This document shows, one piece after another, positions 43,708-51,817 of a DNA stretch of 52,450 nucleotides. Position numbers and translations under genes: made by a program. Position 1 is the stretch's first letter. Each line of letters begins with the position of its first letter. The notes beneath the pieces were generated by a model, which saw nothing but the letters and a program-made list of their open reading frames with translations, had not been told where the DNA came from and did no database searches. This stretch comes from a virus (Duplodnaviria; Caudoviricetes): positions 1-52,450 of the IMG/VR virus record IMGVR_UViG_3300048930_001392. The stretch is one strand, 5' to 3'.

Positions 43708-44762
43708 CCGCCACCGCCGCCGATCTGTCGGCCGCCCTGAAACATTCCGTCGCTGCCCGCACCACGCCCATGCCCATCCTGCAGCACGCGCTGCTGACCA
43801 CCGGCGACAACGTGTTGCATCTGGAAACCAGCGATATCGAAATCTACATGCGCCACACCATCCCCGCGCAGGTGGACGAACCCGGCAGCATCTGCTTGAC
43901 CGATGCCCTGCTGCGCACCATCGCCAGCGGCGGCGGCGACGTGATCCTGCGCGACAGCGGCAAGGTCAGCCGCGGGCGTAGCCACTTCACCGTGCCGGCA
44001 CTGGCTGCAAATGAATTCCCGGTACCGGAGTCATCGCAGTTCGAACCGTTGAACGTGGACCCGGAAGCGCTTGCGGATGCCATCCGCCTGGTGGATTACG
44101 CCTACGGTGACGGCGACATCCGCCCCTACGTGCGCGCCGTGCATATCGAGCCCGGCCGCGTGTGGAGTACCAACGGCAGCCAGGCGGGCCGTGCGGCGCT
44201 GGCCTACCAAGGCCCGGCCATCCGCGTGCCGGGCGCGCAGTTGAAGCGCCTGTGCAGTGCCCTGGTGGAAGGGGCGCGCGTGCTGGGCGACGTGCGCAAC
44301 GGCGTGGTGGCTATGTTGCGGGTGGAAACCTTCAGCACGCAGATCACGGTGCGCTGCATCGATGGTCCAGCCCCGAACATCGATACGTTTATCCCGCACC
44401 TGGGCAAGCGCAGCGTGGTGCGCGTCAACCGTCGCGCCCTGATGGACGCCGTGCGCCGCACGCTGCCGTTCCTGGTTACCAAAAACAAGGCGATCCCGGT
44501 CATCAAGATCACGCAGTCGGCGGAAGGCCTGGCCTTGTTGGACAAGGCCGACACCTGTGCGGAGTTCGTGGCCATCGAGCCGCAAGCCCAGGTGGATGCG
44601 TTGGAACTGGGGCTGGACGCTAACTTCCTGCTGGCAGCGCTGGGTGCAGTCAGCGATGACATCGTGGAACTGTACCTGCACAACAGCGCACCGGCCCTGA
44701 TCCTTCCTGACGCTGGCGACGTGGCGGCGATTGCCCACGTCATCATGCCGTGCCGGCTGTAA
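43698..44762 (+). CDS. DNA polymerase III beta-clamp homologue
   Basis: 'RTTPMPILQHALL...TSDIEI...ANEFP...VIMPCRL'; about 354 aa, DnaN-like length and termini. Confidence 0.85.
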   Translation: MRVTATAADLSAALKHSVAARTTPMPILQHALLTTGDNVLHLETSDIEIYMRHTIPAQVDEPGSICLTDALLRTIASGGGDVILRDSGKVSRGRSHFTVPALAANEFPVPESSQFEPLNVDPEALADAIRLVDYAYGDGDIRPYVRAVHIEPGRVWSTNGSQAGRAALAYQGPAIRVPGAQLKRLCSALVEGARVLGDVRNGVVAMLRVETFSTQITVRCIDGPAPNIDTFIPHLGKRSVVRVNRRALMDAVRRTLPFLVTKNKAIPVIKITQSAEGLALLDKADTCAEFVAIEPQAQVDALELGLDANFLLAALGAVSDDIVELYLHNSAPALILPDAGDVAAIAHVIMPCRL

Positions 44763-44772
44763 GGGGCGCGCC

Positions 44773-45036
44773 ATGTCAAAGGCACAGACCGAAAAGCTGC
44801 TGGCCGCGTTGTCGCGCAAGGCGATGACGGCCACCGAAATCTGGCAGGAACTGGGCATCGCACGCGCCAGTGCGCGCGTGTTCGACCTGCGCGATCAGGG
44901 CCACAACATCAAAAGCACGGAAATCACCGTGCGCAACCGTGATGGCGATCCGTGCCGCGTTGCCCTGTATTCGCTGGAAGCCGGGCAGATGGCATTGATT
45001 CCGAAACATCCGGGCAGGGGAGTGATGGCGGCATGA
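44773..45036 (+). CDS. Small winged-HTH protein
   Basis: 'TATEIWQELGIARASARVFDLRDQGHNI...VALYSL'. Confidence 0.75.
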   Translation: MSKAQTEKLLAALSRKAMTATEIWQELGIARASARVFDLRDQGHNIKSTEITVRNRDGDPCRVALYSLEAGQMALIPKHPGRGVMAA

Positions 45037-45449
45037 ACATGAATCTGATCGCAGGGTTGTTCGTCGTGGGTGTAGTTGTGCTGGCTGTACTGGTGGGCGT
45101 TTGGCAGGCCAACCGGCGCGAACATCCGCTGACGGTGTTGCAGCGTGCTGAACGCGCCGAAGCCAACGGCCTGGAGTTGTGGCGAGTGGCCCAGCAGATG
45201 CGCGCCAGCGCGCTGGAGGAACAACGCACGTCACGGCGTGACCAGTTGTTGTTGTGGGCACGCCAGTGCGAGCGCGCCGCCACCGATCACCTGGCGTGCA
45301 TCAATGCCATATCGATGGACTCGCTGCACGCCGTTGGCCTGAAGGAACCCGTGCACCTGGGCGACTTCAAAGGTAGCGGCAACCGCCGCCGCAATCCGGG
45401 GCCGATGGCGATGTCGCGCATCCTGTTGCGGGGTGGTCGCCGTGGGTAA
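45033..45449 (+). CDS. Membrane-anchored hypothetical protein
   Basis: N-terminal TM segment; ATGA-coupled. Confidence 0.55.
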   Translation: MNMNLIAGLFVVGVVVLAVLVGVWQANRREHPLTVLQRAERAEANGLELWRVAQQMRASALEEQRTSRRDQLLLWARQCERAATDHLACINAISMDSLHAVGLKEPVHLGDFKGSGNRRRNPGPMAMSRILLRGGRRG

Positions 45450-46053
45450 CGCCTTCCGCATGTGGTTGTTCCATTGGCTGGTGGCCCACGTGGCTGGCAA
45501 GCGCCCGCCGAACTTCGTGGTGGGTGCGGATGATCCGGGCGGGGCGTACCTGCGCCGCTGGTATCTGACGCCGTGGCGCGGCTGGTACCAGGGCGTCGAC
45601 GAAGCCGAGCGCACACGCTGGCAGCGCTTCGTGGTGGCCGCCACCAAGCGCCTGCTGCCCAACCTGTACCTGCACCACTTCCTGCGCGACGACGACGACC
45701 GTGCCTTGCACGATCACCCGTCCGCCGGCTTCAGTTTCATCCTGTACGGCGGTTACATCGAACACACCATCGCCGCCGGCGGCATCCACAAGCGCGAGGA
45801 ATTCGCACCCGGTCGCATCCGTTTCATGCGGGCCACGCATGCGCACCGGATCGAGTTGTACAAGTCGGGCGAGTTCGTCAGCGAGGATGGCGGTATCACC
45901 AGCAGCCACATCATGCGTCCCTGTTGGACGCTGTTCCTGTTCCTGCCCACGTTCCGCCGCTGGGGCTTCCACTGCCAGCACAAGGGCTGGGTGCCCTACG
46001 AAGAGTTCACCGCCGCCGGCAAGCCTGGTGAAGTGGGGAAGGGGTGCGCGTGA
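45442..46053 (+). CDS. Cupin-like phage protein
   Basis: YLRRWY, NLYLHHFLRDDDDRALHDHP, GGYIE, HRIEL and RRWGF motifs. Confidence 0.7.
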   Translation: MGNAFRMWLFHWLVAHVAGKRPPNFVVGADDPGGAYLRRWYLTPWRGWYQGVDEAERTRWQRFVVAATKRLLPNLYLHHFLRDDDDRALHDHPSAGFSFILYGGYIEHTIAAGGIHKREEFAPGRIRFMRATHAHRIELYKSGEFVSEDGGITSSHIMRPCWTLFLFLPTFRRWGFHCQHKGWVPYEEFTAAGKPGEVGKGCA

Positions 46054-46307
46054 TGGGCCAAGCCAAGAACCGCGGCACCTTTGCCGAGCGCGTTGAACAG
46101 TCACGCAAGCGCGCAGAACTGGAAGCGTCCGCCAACCTGCTGGCCAAGCAGGCATCAGAACACGCGCGGGCTCAAAGACTCGCCGAACTTCCGCCCGAAG
46201 CGCGCAATCGGGTGATGGTGCGCAATCGCACCACGAACCTGCGCATCGCGTCATTGCTAGGCCTGGTCCTAGCACTGCAGTCCGCTGAACATCGAATCAG
46301 GAAATAA
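46053..46307 (+). CDS. Hypothetical protein
   Basis: MGQAKNRGTFAER start; TGATG-coupled. Confidence 0.55.
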   Translation: MGQAKNRGTFAERVEQSRKRAELEASANLLAKQASEHARAQRLAELPPEARNRVMVRNRTTNLRIASLLGLVLALQSAEHRIRK

Positions 46308-46309
46308 CC

Positions 46310-46570
46310 ATGACGACCCTAAAGGCGTTTCAAGTTGACGATTGCACATGGTATGCCGCCGAAACGGCGGAACAGGCGGCGCAGGTTTACAAATCCGACA
46401 CGGGCGAGGACTGCGACGACGAATATCCAACCGAAGTTTCTGACGCGGAACTGGACGCCCCCATCCCCGAATTCGATGAGAACGAAGAGCGCACCGGCGA
46501 CATGACCACCATGCGTGCATTTCTGGAAGAAGCGACCGCGCCCGGATTCCTTGCCACGTCGGAGTTCTGA
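46310..46570 (+). CDS. Acidic hypothetical protein
   Basis: SD AGGA; 'WYAAETAEQA' pattern. Confidence 0.6.
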   Translation: MTTLKAFQVDDCTWYAAETAEQAAQVYKSDTGEDCDDEYPTEVSDAELDAPIPEFDENEERTGDMTTMRAFLEEATAPGFLATSEF

Positions 46571-46573
46571 CCG

Positions 46574-46786
46574 ATGAACCTGCGCGATCTTCGACTATGG
46601 CACTGGCGCATCGCCATGCGCGAGCGCCAGGCAGCGCAGGACAATCGCTGTTCCGATTACACGAGGAAGGTGCATGACCGCACGGCGAACTTCCACATCA
46701 AGGCCGTGCAGGCATTGAACGATGTGGTGTCCGGGACTGCCGAGATGGATGACGCGCCAGGCCGTTCATTGGAGAAAGCCAAGTGA
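46574..46786 (+). CDS. Hypothetical protein
   Basis: SD GGAG; GTGA-coupled to the next gene. Confidence 0.55.
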   Translation: MNLRDLRLWHWRIAMRERQAAQDNRCSDYTRKVHDRTANFHIKAVQALNDVVSGTAEMDDAPGRSLEKAK

Positions 46787-47079
46787 CCGACACCAAGAAC
46801 GTCTGCCCCGCATGCGGCTGCGAAACCAACGACCACTGGTGTTGTGGCATACACCTGACGGCACCGTTCCGCATGACCAAAAACAAGGTGATCGCGCTGC
46901 GCAGCTACGCGCACGGCCGCAAAGGGCTGGATGAAGCCACCTACAAACTGCACCTGCAGGCCGTAGGCGTCACCAGCACCCTGCACCTGACCCGCGAAAG
47001 CCACAACGCCCTGCTGCGCCGCCTGGGCAAGTTGCCCGACCGACCACGCCAACCAAAGCAGGGGAGGGCGCACGCATGA
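46783..47079 (+). CDS. GemA / Mu gp16 (DUF1018)-like protein with N-terminal Cys cluster
   Basis: 'KGLDEATYKLHLQAVGVTSTLHLT..HNALL..L' resembles GemA 'GLDDDTYR..L...GK.S...LT'. Confidence 0.55.
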   Translation: MTDTKNVCPACGCETNDHWCCGIHLTAPFRMTKNKVIALRSYAHGRKGLDEATYKLHLQAVGVTSTLHLTRESHNALLRRLGKLPDRPRQPKQGRAHA

Positions 47080-47219
47080 AGGTCGCCGACGCCCGCCACA
47101 AAAAATACGCGCCACTGCATCCACTGGTGGCATCCCTGATGCGTCGCCTCCGCTTCAGCCTGGCCGAAGCCACCGCAGCCATGCAACTGATCTCTTCGAG
47201 GAAACTGAAATGCAACTGA
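47076..47219 (+). CDS. 47-aa hypothetical peptide
   Basis: SD GGAGG and ATGA coupling; not in the ORF track. Confidence 0.4.
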   Translation: MKVADARHKKYAPLHPLVASLMRRLRFSLAEATAAMQLISSRKLKCN

Positions 47220-47413
47220 TATCAAAAGCAATTGTCGATGGTTCGCTGGAATCGTTATCCGAACAACTGACGCCGCAGTCCATTGTCCGCACGCTGCGCG
47301 ACGAAAGGGGCGAACCGAACACGGAAGGCAACCGACAGCAGCGCCGTGCCGCCGCCGCCATTGCCCGCGCCGATGCCAAGCGCATGCGCAAGGTGGCAGC
47401 ATGCGCACGATAG
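47210..47413 (+). CDS. Hypothetical protein
   Basis: SD GAGG; NRQQRRAA motif. Confidence 0.5.
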   Translation: MQLISKAIVDGSLESLSEQLTPQSIVRTLRDERGEPNTEGNRQQRRAAAAIARADAKRMRKVAACAR

Positions 47414-47640
47414 CCGCACTGTGGGAAAGCTATAACAAGGAAGTGGTGCCCGCCACGGCCAGCCCGATCCAGCGGCAGGAACTGCGCCGCGCGTTCTACG
47501 CAGGTGCCGGTTCCATGATGGGCCTGGTGTACGACCTGGGCGACGACAGCATCAGTGAGGATGCCGGCATCGCCGTCATGCAAGGCCTGGTCGATGAAGC
47601 GCACGCATTCAAGAATGCAGTGCTGGCGGGGCAGGCATGA
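47401..47640 (+). CDS. Hypothetical protein
   Basis: 'QRQELRRAFYAGA' is a recurrent phage pattern. Confidence 0.6.
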   Translation: MRTIAALWESYNKEVVPATASPIQRQELRRAFYAGAGSMMGLVYDLGDDSISEDAGIAVMQGLVDEAHAFKNAVLAGQA

Positions 47641-48578
47641 CTTTGGATGCCATCAACCCGTTTGAAGGCTTGGATGCCATCGACCTGTTCGCAGGCCTGG
47701 GCGGCTTCAGCGAAGGCGCGGAACAGGCCGGGTGCAGCGTCGTGTGGGCGGGCAATCACTGGCGTGCGGCGGTGGATACACACATCGCCAACCACCCCGA
47801 CACCCAGCATGCCTGCCAGGACTTGCATCAAGCCGATTGGGCTGCGGTGCCGGCGCATGATCTGCTGCTGGCGTCACCGGCATGCCAGGGCCACACCCGT
47901 GCACGCGGCAAGGAACGGCCACACCACGACGCCACACGCAGCACGGCGTGGGCGGTGGTGTCCGCGCTTGAATACCACCGGCCGCGACTGGGCTTGATTG
48001 AAAACGTGCCCGAGTTCACCAAGTGGACGCTGTTCCCGGCGTGGTGTGCAGCGGTGCGGGCGTTGGGCTATTCGATCGCGCCGCACATCGTGGATGCCGC
48101 CGACTTCGGCGTGCCGCAACACCGCGTGCGCGTGTTCATCGCGTTGACGCGCAGCAAGCACCCCATCACCTTGGCCTTGCCGAAGCGCGAGCATGTCGCC
48201 GTGTCCAGCATTCTGGACTTCAGCGCGGGCGCGTGGTCGCAGATCCACAAGCCCGGCCGTTCGCCGGCCACGCTGGCGCGCATCGAACAAGGCCGGCGCG
48301 TGCATGGCGCACGCTTCCTGACTGCCTATTACGGCAACGAAAAAGGCGGGCGCAGCATCGCGCGACCCGTTGGCACCATCACCACCCGCGACCGCTGGGC
48401 CGTGATCGACGGCGATCGCATGCGCATGTTGAACGTGGCCGAATGCCGCCGGGCGATGGGCTTCCGTTCCACCTATCAATTGCCCGACCGGGCCAAGGAC
48501 GCCATGCACATGCTTGGCAACGCCGTGTGCCCACCTGTCGCCGCCACCGTCATCACCGCACTGAAGGATGCAGCATGA
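47637..48578 (+). CDS. Orphan C5-cytosine DNA methyltransferase
   Basis: DLFAGLGG, SPACQ, ENV, GVPQHRVR and LGNAV motifs. Confidence 0.92.
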   Translation: MTLDAINPFEGLDAIDLFAGLGGFSEGAEQAGCSVVWAGNHWRAAVDTHIANHPDTQHACQDLHQADWAAVPAHDLLLASPACQGHTRARGKERPHHDATRSTAWAVVSALEYHRPRLGLIENVPEFTKWTLFPAWCAAVRALGYSIAPHIVDAADFGVPQHRVRVFIALTRSKHPITLALPKREHVAVSSILDFSAGAWSQIHKPGRSPATLARIEQGRRVHGARFLTAYYGNEKGGRSIARPVGTITTRDRWAVIDGDRMRMLNVAECRRAMGFRSTYQLPDRAKDAMHMLGNAVCPPVAATVITALKDAA

Positions 48579-48823
48579 TCATTGGACGCATTGCGGGAGC
48601 CACCCGCGAACTGGGAAAACCCGCGAACTGGAACGCCGATCGCGATGGTGAATGTGGATCGCTCGCCATCCTGGACGTAACCGCGGAGGGCGGGCACAAC
48701 GTGATGATGTCCGCGTGGTACCCCACGCCGGACGAAGTGGCGCGCATCGCTGCCGGTGAACCCGTTTACCTGTCGATCTGGGGTGTGATGCACCCGCCGG
48801 TCATGTTGTCGGTGGCGCCATGA
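48575..48823 (+). CDS. Conserved-type small phage protein
   Basis: 'LGKPANW...CGSL...SAWYPTPDE...HPPV'; ATGA-coupled. Confidence 0.6.
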   Translation: MIIGRIAGATRELGKPANWNADRDGECGSLAILDVTAEGGHNVMMSAWYPTPDEVARIAAGEPVYLSIWGVMHPPVMLSVAP

Positions 48824-49260
48824 GTCGCGGCCACCAGCTGTTTGTCGCCACCGGTCGCCTGGGCGCTGATCCCGTCACCAAGGCACCGCAAAGTGGCGGC
48901 GTGATCACTGAATTCCGGATCGCCTGCACCGAAGTGTGGAAGGGCAGGGACGGCACCAAGCACGAACACACCGAATGGATACGCGCCAAGCTGTTTGGCC
49001 GTGCCGCCGAGATTGCACAGCAGTACCTGGCCAAGGGTTCGCTGGTCACCATCGAAGGCAAGGTGCGCACCGAAAAATGGCAAGCATCCGACGGCAGCGA
49101 TCGGTACAGTCAATGGATATACGTCGATGAATTGCACATGCACGGCGGCAACCCACACGAAGCCACCAAACCCGAACACCAGGGCCGCCCGAAACAGGCG
49201 GATGACACCAACGCAGCACCCGTGGACAGCCAGTTCAATGACGACGATATCCCGTTCTAG
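48820..49260 (+). CDS. ssb: Single-stranded DNA-binding protein
   Basis: GRLGADP, EHTEW, YLAKGSLV.IEGK and a C-terminal DDDIPF. Confidence 0.93.
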   Translation: MSRGHQLFVATGRLGADPVTKAPQSGGVITEFRIACTEVWKGRDGTKHEHTEWIRAKLFGRAAEIAQQYLAKGSLVTIEGKVRTEKWQASDGSDRYSQWIYVDELHMHGGNPHEATKPEHQGRPKQADDTNAAPVDSQFNDDDIPF

Positions 49261-49495
49261 AACCATCATTCTGGGAGGCACGAAAGATCAGGCCCGGGCC
49301 TGCGCAATTCGACGCGGCATCAAGTCGGATGAATGGATCTACTGCGGTCGCAATGGCGATGTTTTCCGTGGGCGACGGTCGCCGCGCGTCATCACCACTG
49401 GAACATGGACGCAGCGCAGTGACTTGGTTGCGATTCAATACGCGATGCGGGCGGCAAACGTAAAGCCGGAGGATGTCACGAATGATCCGTTTTGA
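49238..49495 (+). CDS. Hypothetical last gene of the early operon
   Basis: Fills the gap between ssb and the convergent recombinase 3, overlapping both. Confidence 0.4.
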   Translation: MTTISRSRTIILGGTKDQARACAIRRGIKSDEWIYCGRNGDVFRGRRSPRVITTGTWTQRSDLVAIQYAMRAANVKPEDVTNDPF

Positions 49496-50432
49496 TTCGC
49501 GCGGCCCGCGGGTGATGGCCAACCGCGGTGCGCAGTTCCTTCAGATCCACAGCCACGTAATGCGCCGTGGTGCTGGCGTCCACGTGGCCCAGCAGCTGCG
49601 CCAGGTTCATCACGTTCACGCCGGCCTTGTTCAATTCGGTGGCGTAGCTGGCGCGCAGCATATGCGGGTAGTGGCCTCGCCACGGTCGACTGGTGGACGT
49701 GTGCGACAGGCGCGTGTAGCCGCAGGCCGTGCCCAGGGCCGCGCGGGCGTAGCGGTTCACAATGACCCACACGGAACGCCCGTCGCGCAGCGCCTTGCCG
49801 TGCTGTGTGACGAACAACGCGTTGCGCTTGCCGCAGCCACTGGTGGCGCGCACGGCCAGGTACTGGTCCAGCAGGGTGCGCCACTCGCCGCCGTAGGGCA
49901 CCAGGCGTTCCTTGTCGCCCTTGCCGCGCACCAGCAGGTAACCATCCAGCCGCACGCTGCCGAGTTCGAGCCCCGCCAGTTCGCTGGCACGCAGGCCGCA
50001 CTGGTACAGCGTGGCGATGATCACGTGGTCACGCAGGCCCACGAAGGTCGACAGATCCGGCGCCGCCAGCAGCATGCCGACTTCGACGTCGGTCAATGCC
50101 CGCACCAGGCGCCGGTGCAGTCGCATCTGCTTGGGGTATTGACCAGGCTGCCACATATGCGGAGCGGCGACGCGCAGCCACTTGAACCACGCTTTCAACC
50201 CGCTGACTTCCATGTTCATCGACGCCTGACCCACGCGGTCACGTCGAATGGCCAGGTAACGCAGCAGCGTGTCTGCATCACCGGTTCCGGTCTCGCCACA
50301 CGCCAGCAGCCACCGATCCACGACCGCGACGTAAGCCCGCACCGTGGCCGGCGACCTGCGCACCGCCTGCAGGTAGGTCTTGAAGCCTTCCCGTAGCGGG
50401 GCAGACACAACATAACCACGTATTAGCGTCAT
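49476..50432 (-). CDS. Tyrosine recombinase 3, XerC/XerD-like, next to att (probable integrase; start uncertain)
   Basis: SPATVRAY, CGLRASEL, GKGDKERLVP, PHMLR.SYAT.L and LLGH...TTAHY, plus the Xer-typical HHPRA near the C-terminus. Confidence 0.92.
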   Translation of the reverse strand: MTLIRGYVVSAPLREGFKTYLQAVRRSPATVRAYVAVVDRWLLACGETGTGDADTLLRYLAIRRDRVGQASMNMEVSGLKAWFKWLRVAAPHMWQPGQYPKQMRLHRRLVRALTDVEVGMLLAAPDLSTFVGLRDHVIIATLYQCGLRASELAGLELGSVRLDGYLLVRGKGDKERLVPYGGEWRTLLDQYLAVRATSGCGKRNALFVTQHGKALRDGRSVWVIVNRYARAALGTACGYTRLSHTSTSRPWRGHYPHMLRASYATELNKAGVNVMNLAQLLGHVDASTTAHYVAVDLKELRTAVGHHPRAARIKTDHS

Positions 50433-50464
50433 CAACAGAAATTCCAGTCCACAATCACGACTGG

Positions 50465-50490
50465 CAAACCATTGATAAATCAAACAGATG
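50465..50490. promoter_or_regulatory. Back-to-back IHF-like sites at the right prophage end
   Basis: CAAACCATTGATA (consensus, reverse orientation) and AATCAAACAGATG (near-match). Confidence 0.55.
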
Positions 50491-50517
50491 GGGCGCGTTA
50501 CCTGACTACCTGCCGAT

Positions 50518-50545
50518 TATTTACATAATATGCATTATGCGAAAT
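50518..50545 (-). other. dif: Complete chromosomal dif site (right attachment junction)
   Basis: Minus strand ATTTCGCATAA-TGCATA-TTATGTAAATA, compared with E. coli GGTGCGCATAA-TGTATA-TTATGTTAAAT. Confidence 0.92.
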
Positions 50546-50800
50546 TAAGGGTGTGGAAAATCGTACTTTGGACTCCCTGGATACCCGCTATCGCAGATGA
50601 TTGCCTCCAAGGAAACGCCCTGTCGCCAGCCAACAAGCGCCCAGTTGTCGACCAACAATCGCCCGCGTTTCGTACGTCCACCGAGAAGACGCCCGGGCGA
50701 ACAAACAACAACCGACAAATCGCCTGAATTTTGCCAGCAGTTGACGGATCGCAGCCTATGCACTCCCTGCGCTCCAACAGCATATCTCGAAGGTTCCCAG

Positions 50801-51331
50801 TCAAATCTGCTTCCGGGCCTCGAAATCCTCCCGCCCTGCAGTCCGTAAGCGAACAAACTCCGCCTCGGGCAGCGTGCTGAAAGCTTCGATAAACGGCGCG
50901 TAGACCAAGATACGCCAGCCATCCCCATCCGGCACAGGTTCCACCGCATAGGGATGCAGTATCTCACCCGTCGCGTCGACTCGATCGATGCGGAGCAGAC
51001 GTGGATACGGATAACGACGTGAACTTTCAAGATACCGTGTGCGCATCATCCGGCTAACCGCCGCATGGGGATAGCCCGGATGCGCGCCTTGGTCGAGCCG
51101 GGTCAGAACAGCTCGGATAGCATCGTCCTGGCTGCGAAAAGCCGAGGTGATGTCCTGCTCGTCGAAGACCATCTCCTCCAATGAATATGGCGGCCCGATA
51201 AACCAGACGGGATCCAGTTCCGGTCGCAATTCGATGGCCAGAATCGTGCGTTGACCGACGTCGGTACAGCGCCAGCGCTGGCCGGTGGAGGTTTCAAATT
51301 CGGTCCCGATGGTGAAGTCCGCGTGCTGCAT
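50801..51331 (-). CDS. Hypothetical protein outside the prophage
   Basis: SD GGAGG before MQHADF; 'WRCTDVGQRTILAI...GPPY..E.VFDE'. Confidence 0.65.
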   Translation of the reverse strand: MQHADFTIGTEFETSTGQRWRCTDVGQRTILAIELRPELDPVWFIGPPYSLEEMVFDEQDITSAFRSQDDAIRAVLTRLDQGAHPGYPHAAVSRMMRTRYLESSRRYPYPRLLRIDRVDATGEILHPYAVEPVPDGDGWRILVYAPFIEAFSTLPEAEFVRLRTAGREDFEARKQI

Positions 51332-51536
51332 GGCAAGGTCACTGCCTCCTTCTATCAGTCCAATGGTGGCCCGTAGAACCGCTGTTGAGCGCGCTTGATT
51401 GTACCTAGCCGTCGCATTAACGCTCCACGTTTGAAGCACTCTGATATCCCTAGCCTCAATTCCCATTGCCTCGGCGAGTCACACCGGGCCATGGCAGCGT
51501 AGACTGAAGCCTAACCTTTGGATTTTAGCTGAACTT

Positions 51537-51725
51537 GTGAACTCAGACTCAGAACTATCAAGCTCTTCGTCAGTTGCAGAAACGGCTGCTGCGCGACGAC
51601 GCGCGGAGTTATCTAGTAGCTGGCCAACAGCGGAACAGGTTGGCCAACTTGCGACGGAGTTACGTAAGTCTGGTCAGCTGCTTGGTGTGTATGTAACCGA
51701 ACCGCATCACTATTACAGAGGGTCG
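51537..51725 (+). pseudogene. Possible truncated gene remnant
   Basis: Protein-like N-terminus (WPTAEQVG...LRKSGQLLGVYV), after which the frame looks non-coding and runs antisense into the next gene. Confidence 0.25.
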
Positions 51726-51817
51726 GCAGGGATTCATGTAAAAAACAGCCATTCGCGGCGTAACTATCTGTATCGTATGAATTATTCAGTGATGCCAGGT
51801 ATTGCTGGCGAAGCTGC

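Larger units (their letters stand above)
6543..50534. mobile_element. Tailed (siphovirus-type) prophage integrated at dif, 43,980-bp unit
   Basis: Bounded by the att core repeats. Packaging, head, non-contractile tail, lysis, immunity and early modules are all present; no disrupted essential ORF seen. Confidence 0.92.

Noticed and set aside
8849-50432. RIT (recombinase-in-trio) element
   Set aside because: RIT genes are adjacent, co-oriented and bounded by inverted repeats; these three are dispersed and on both strands.
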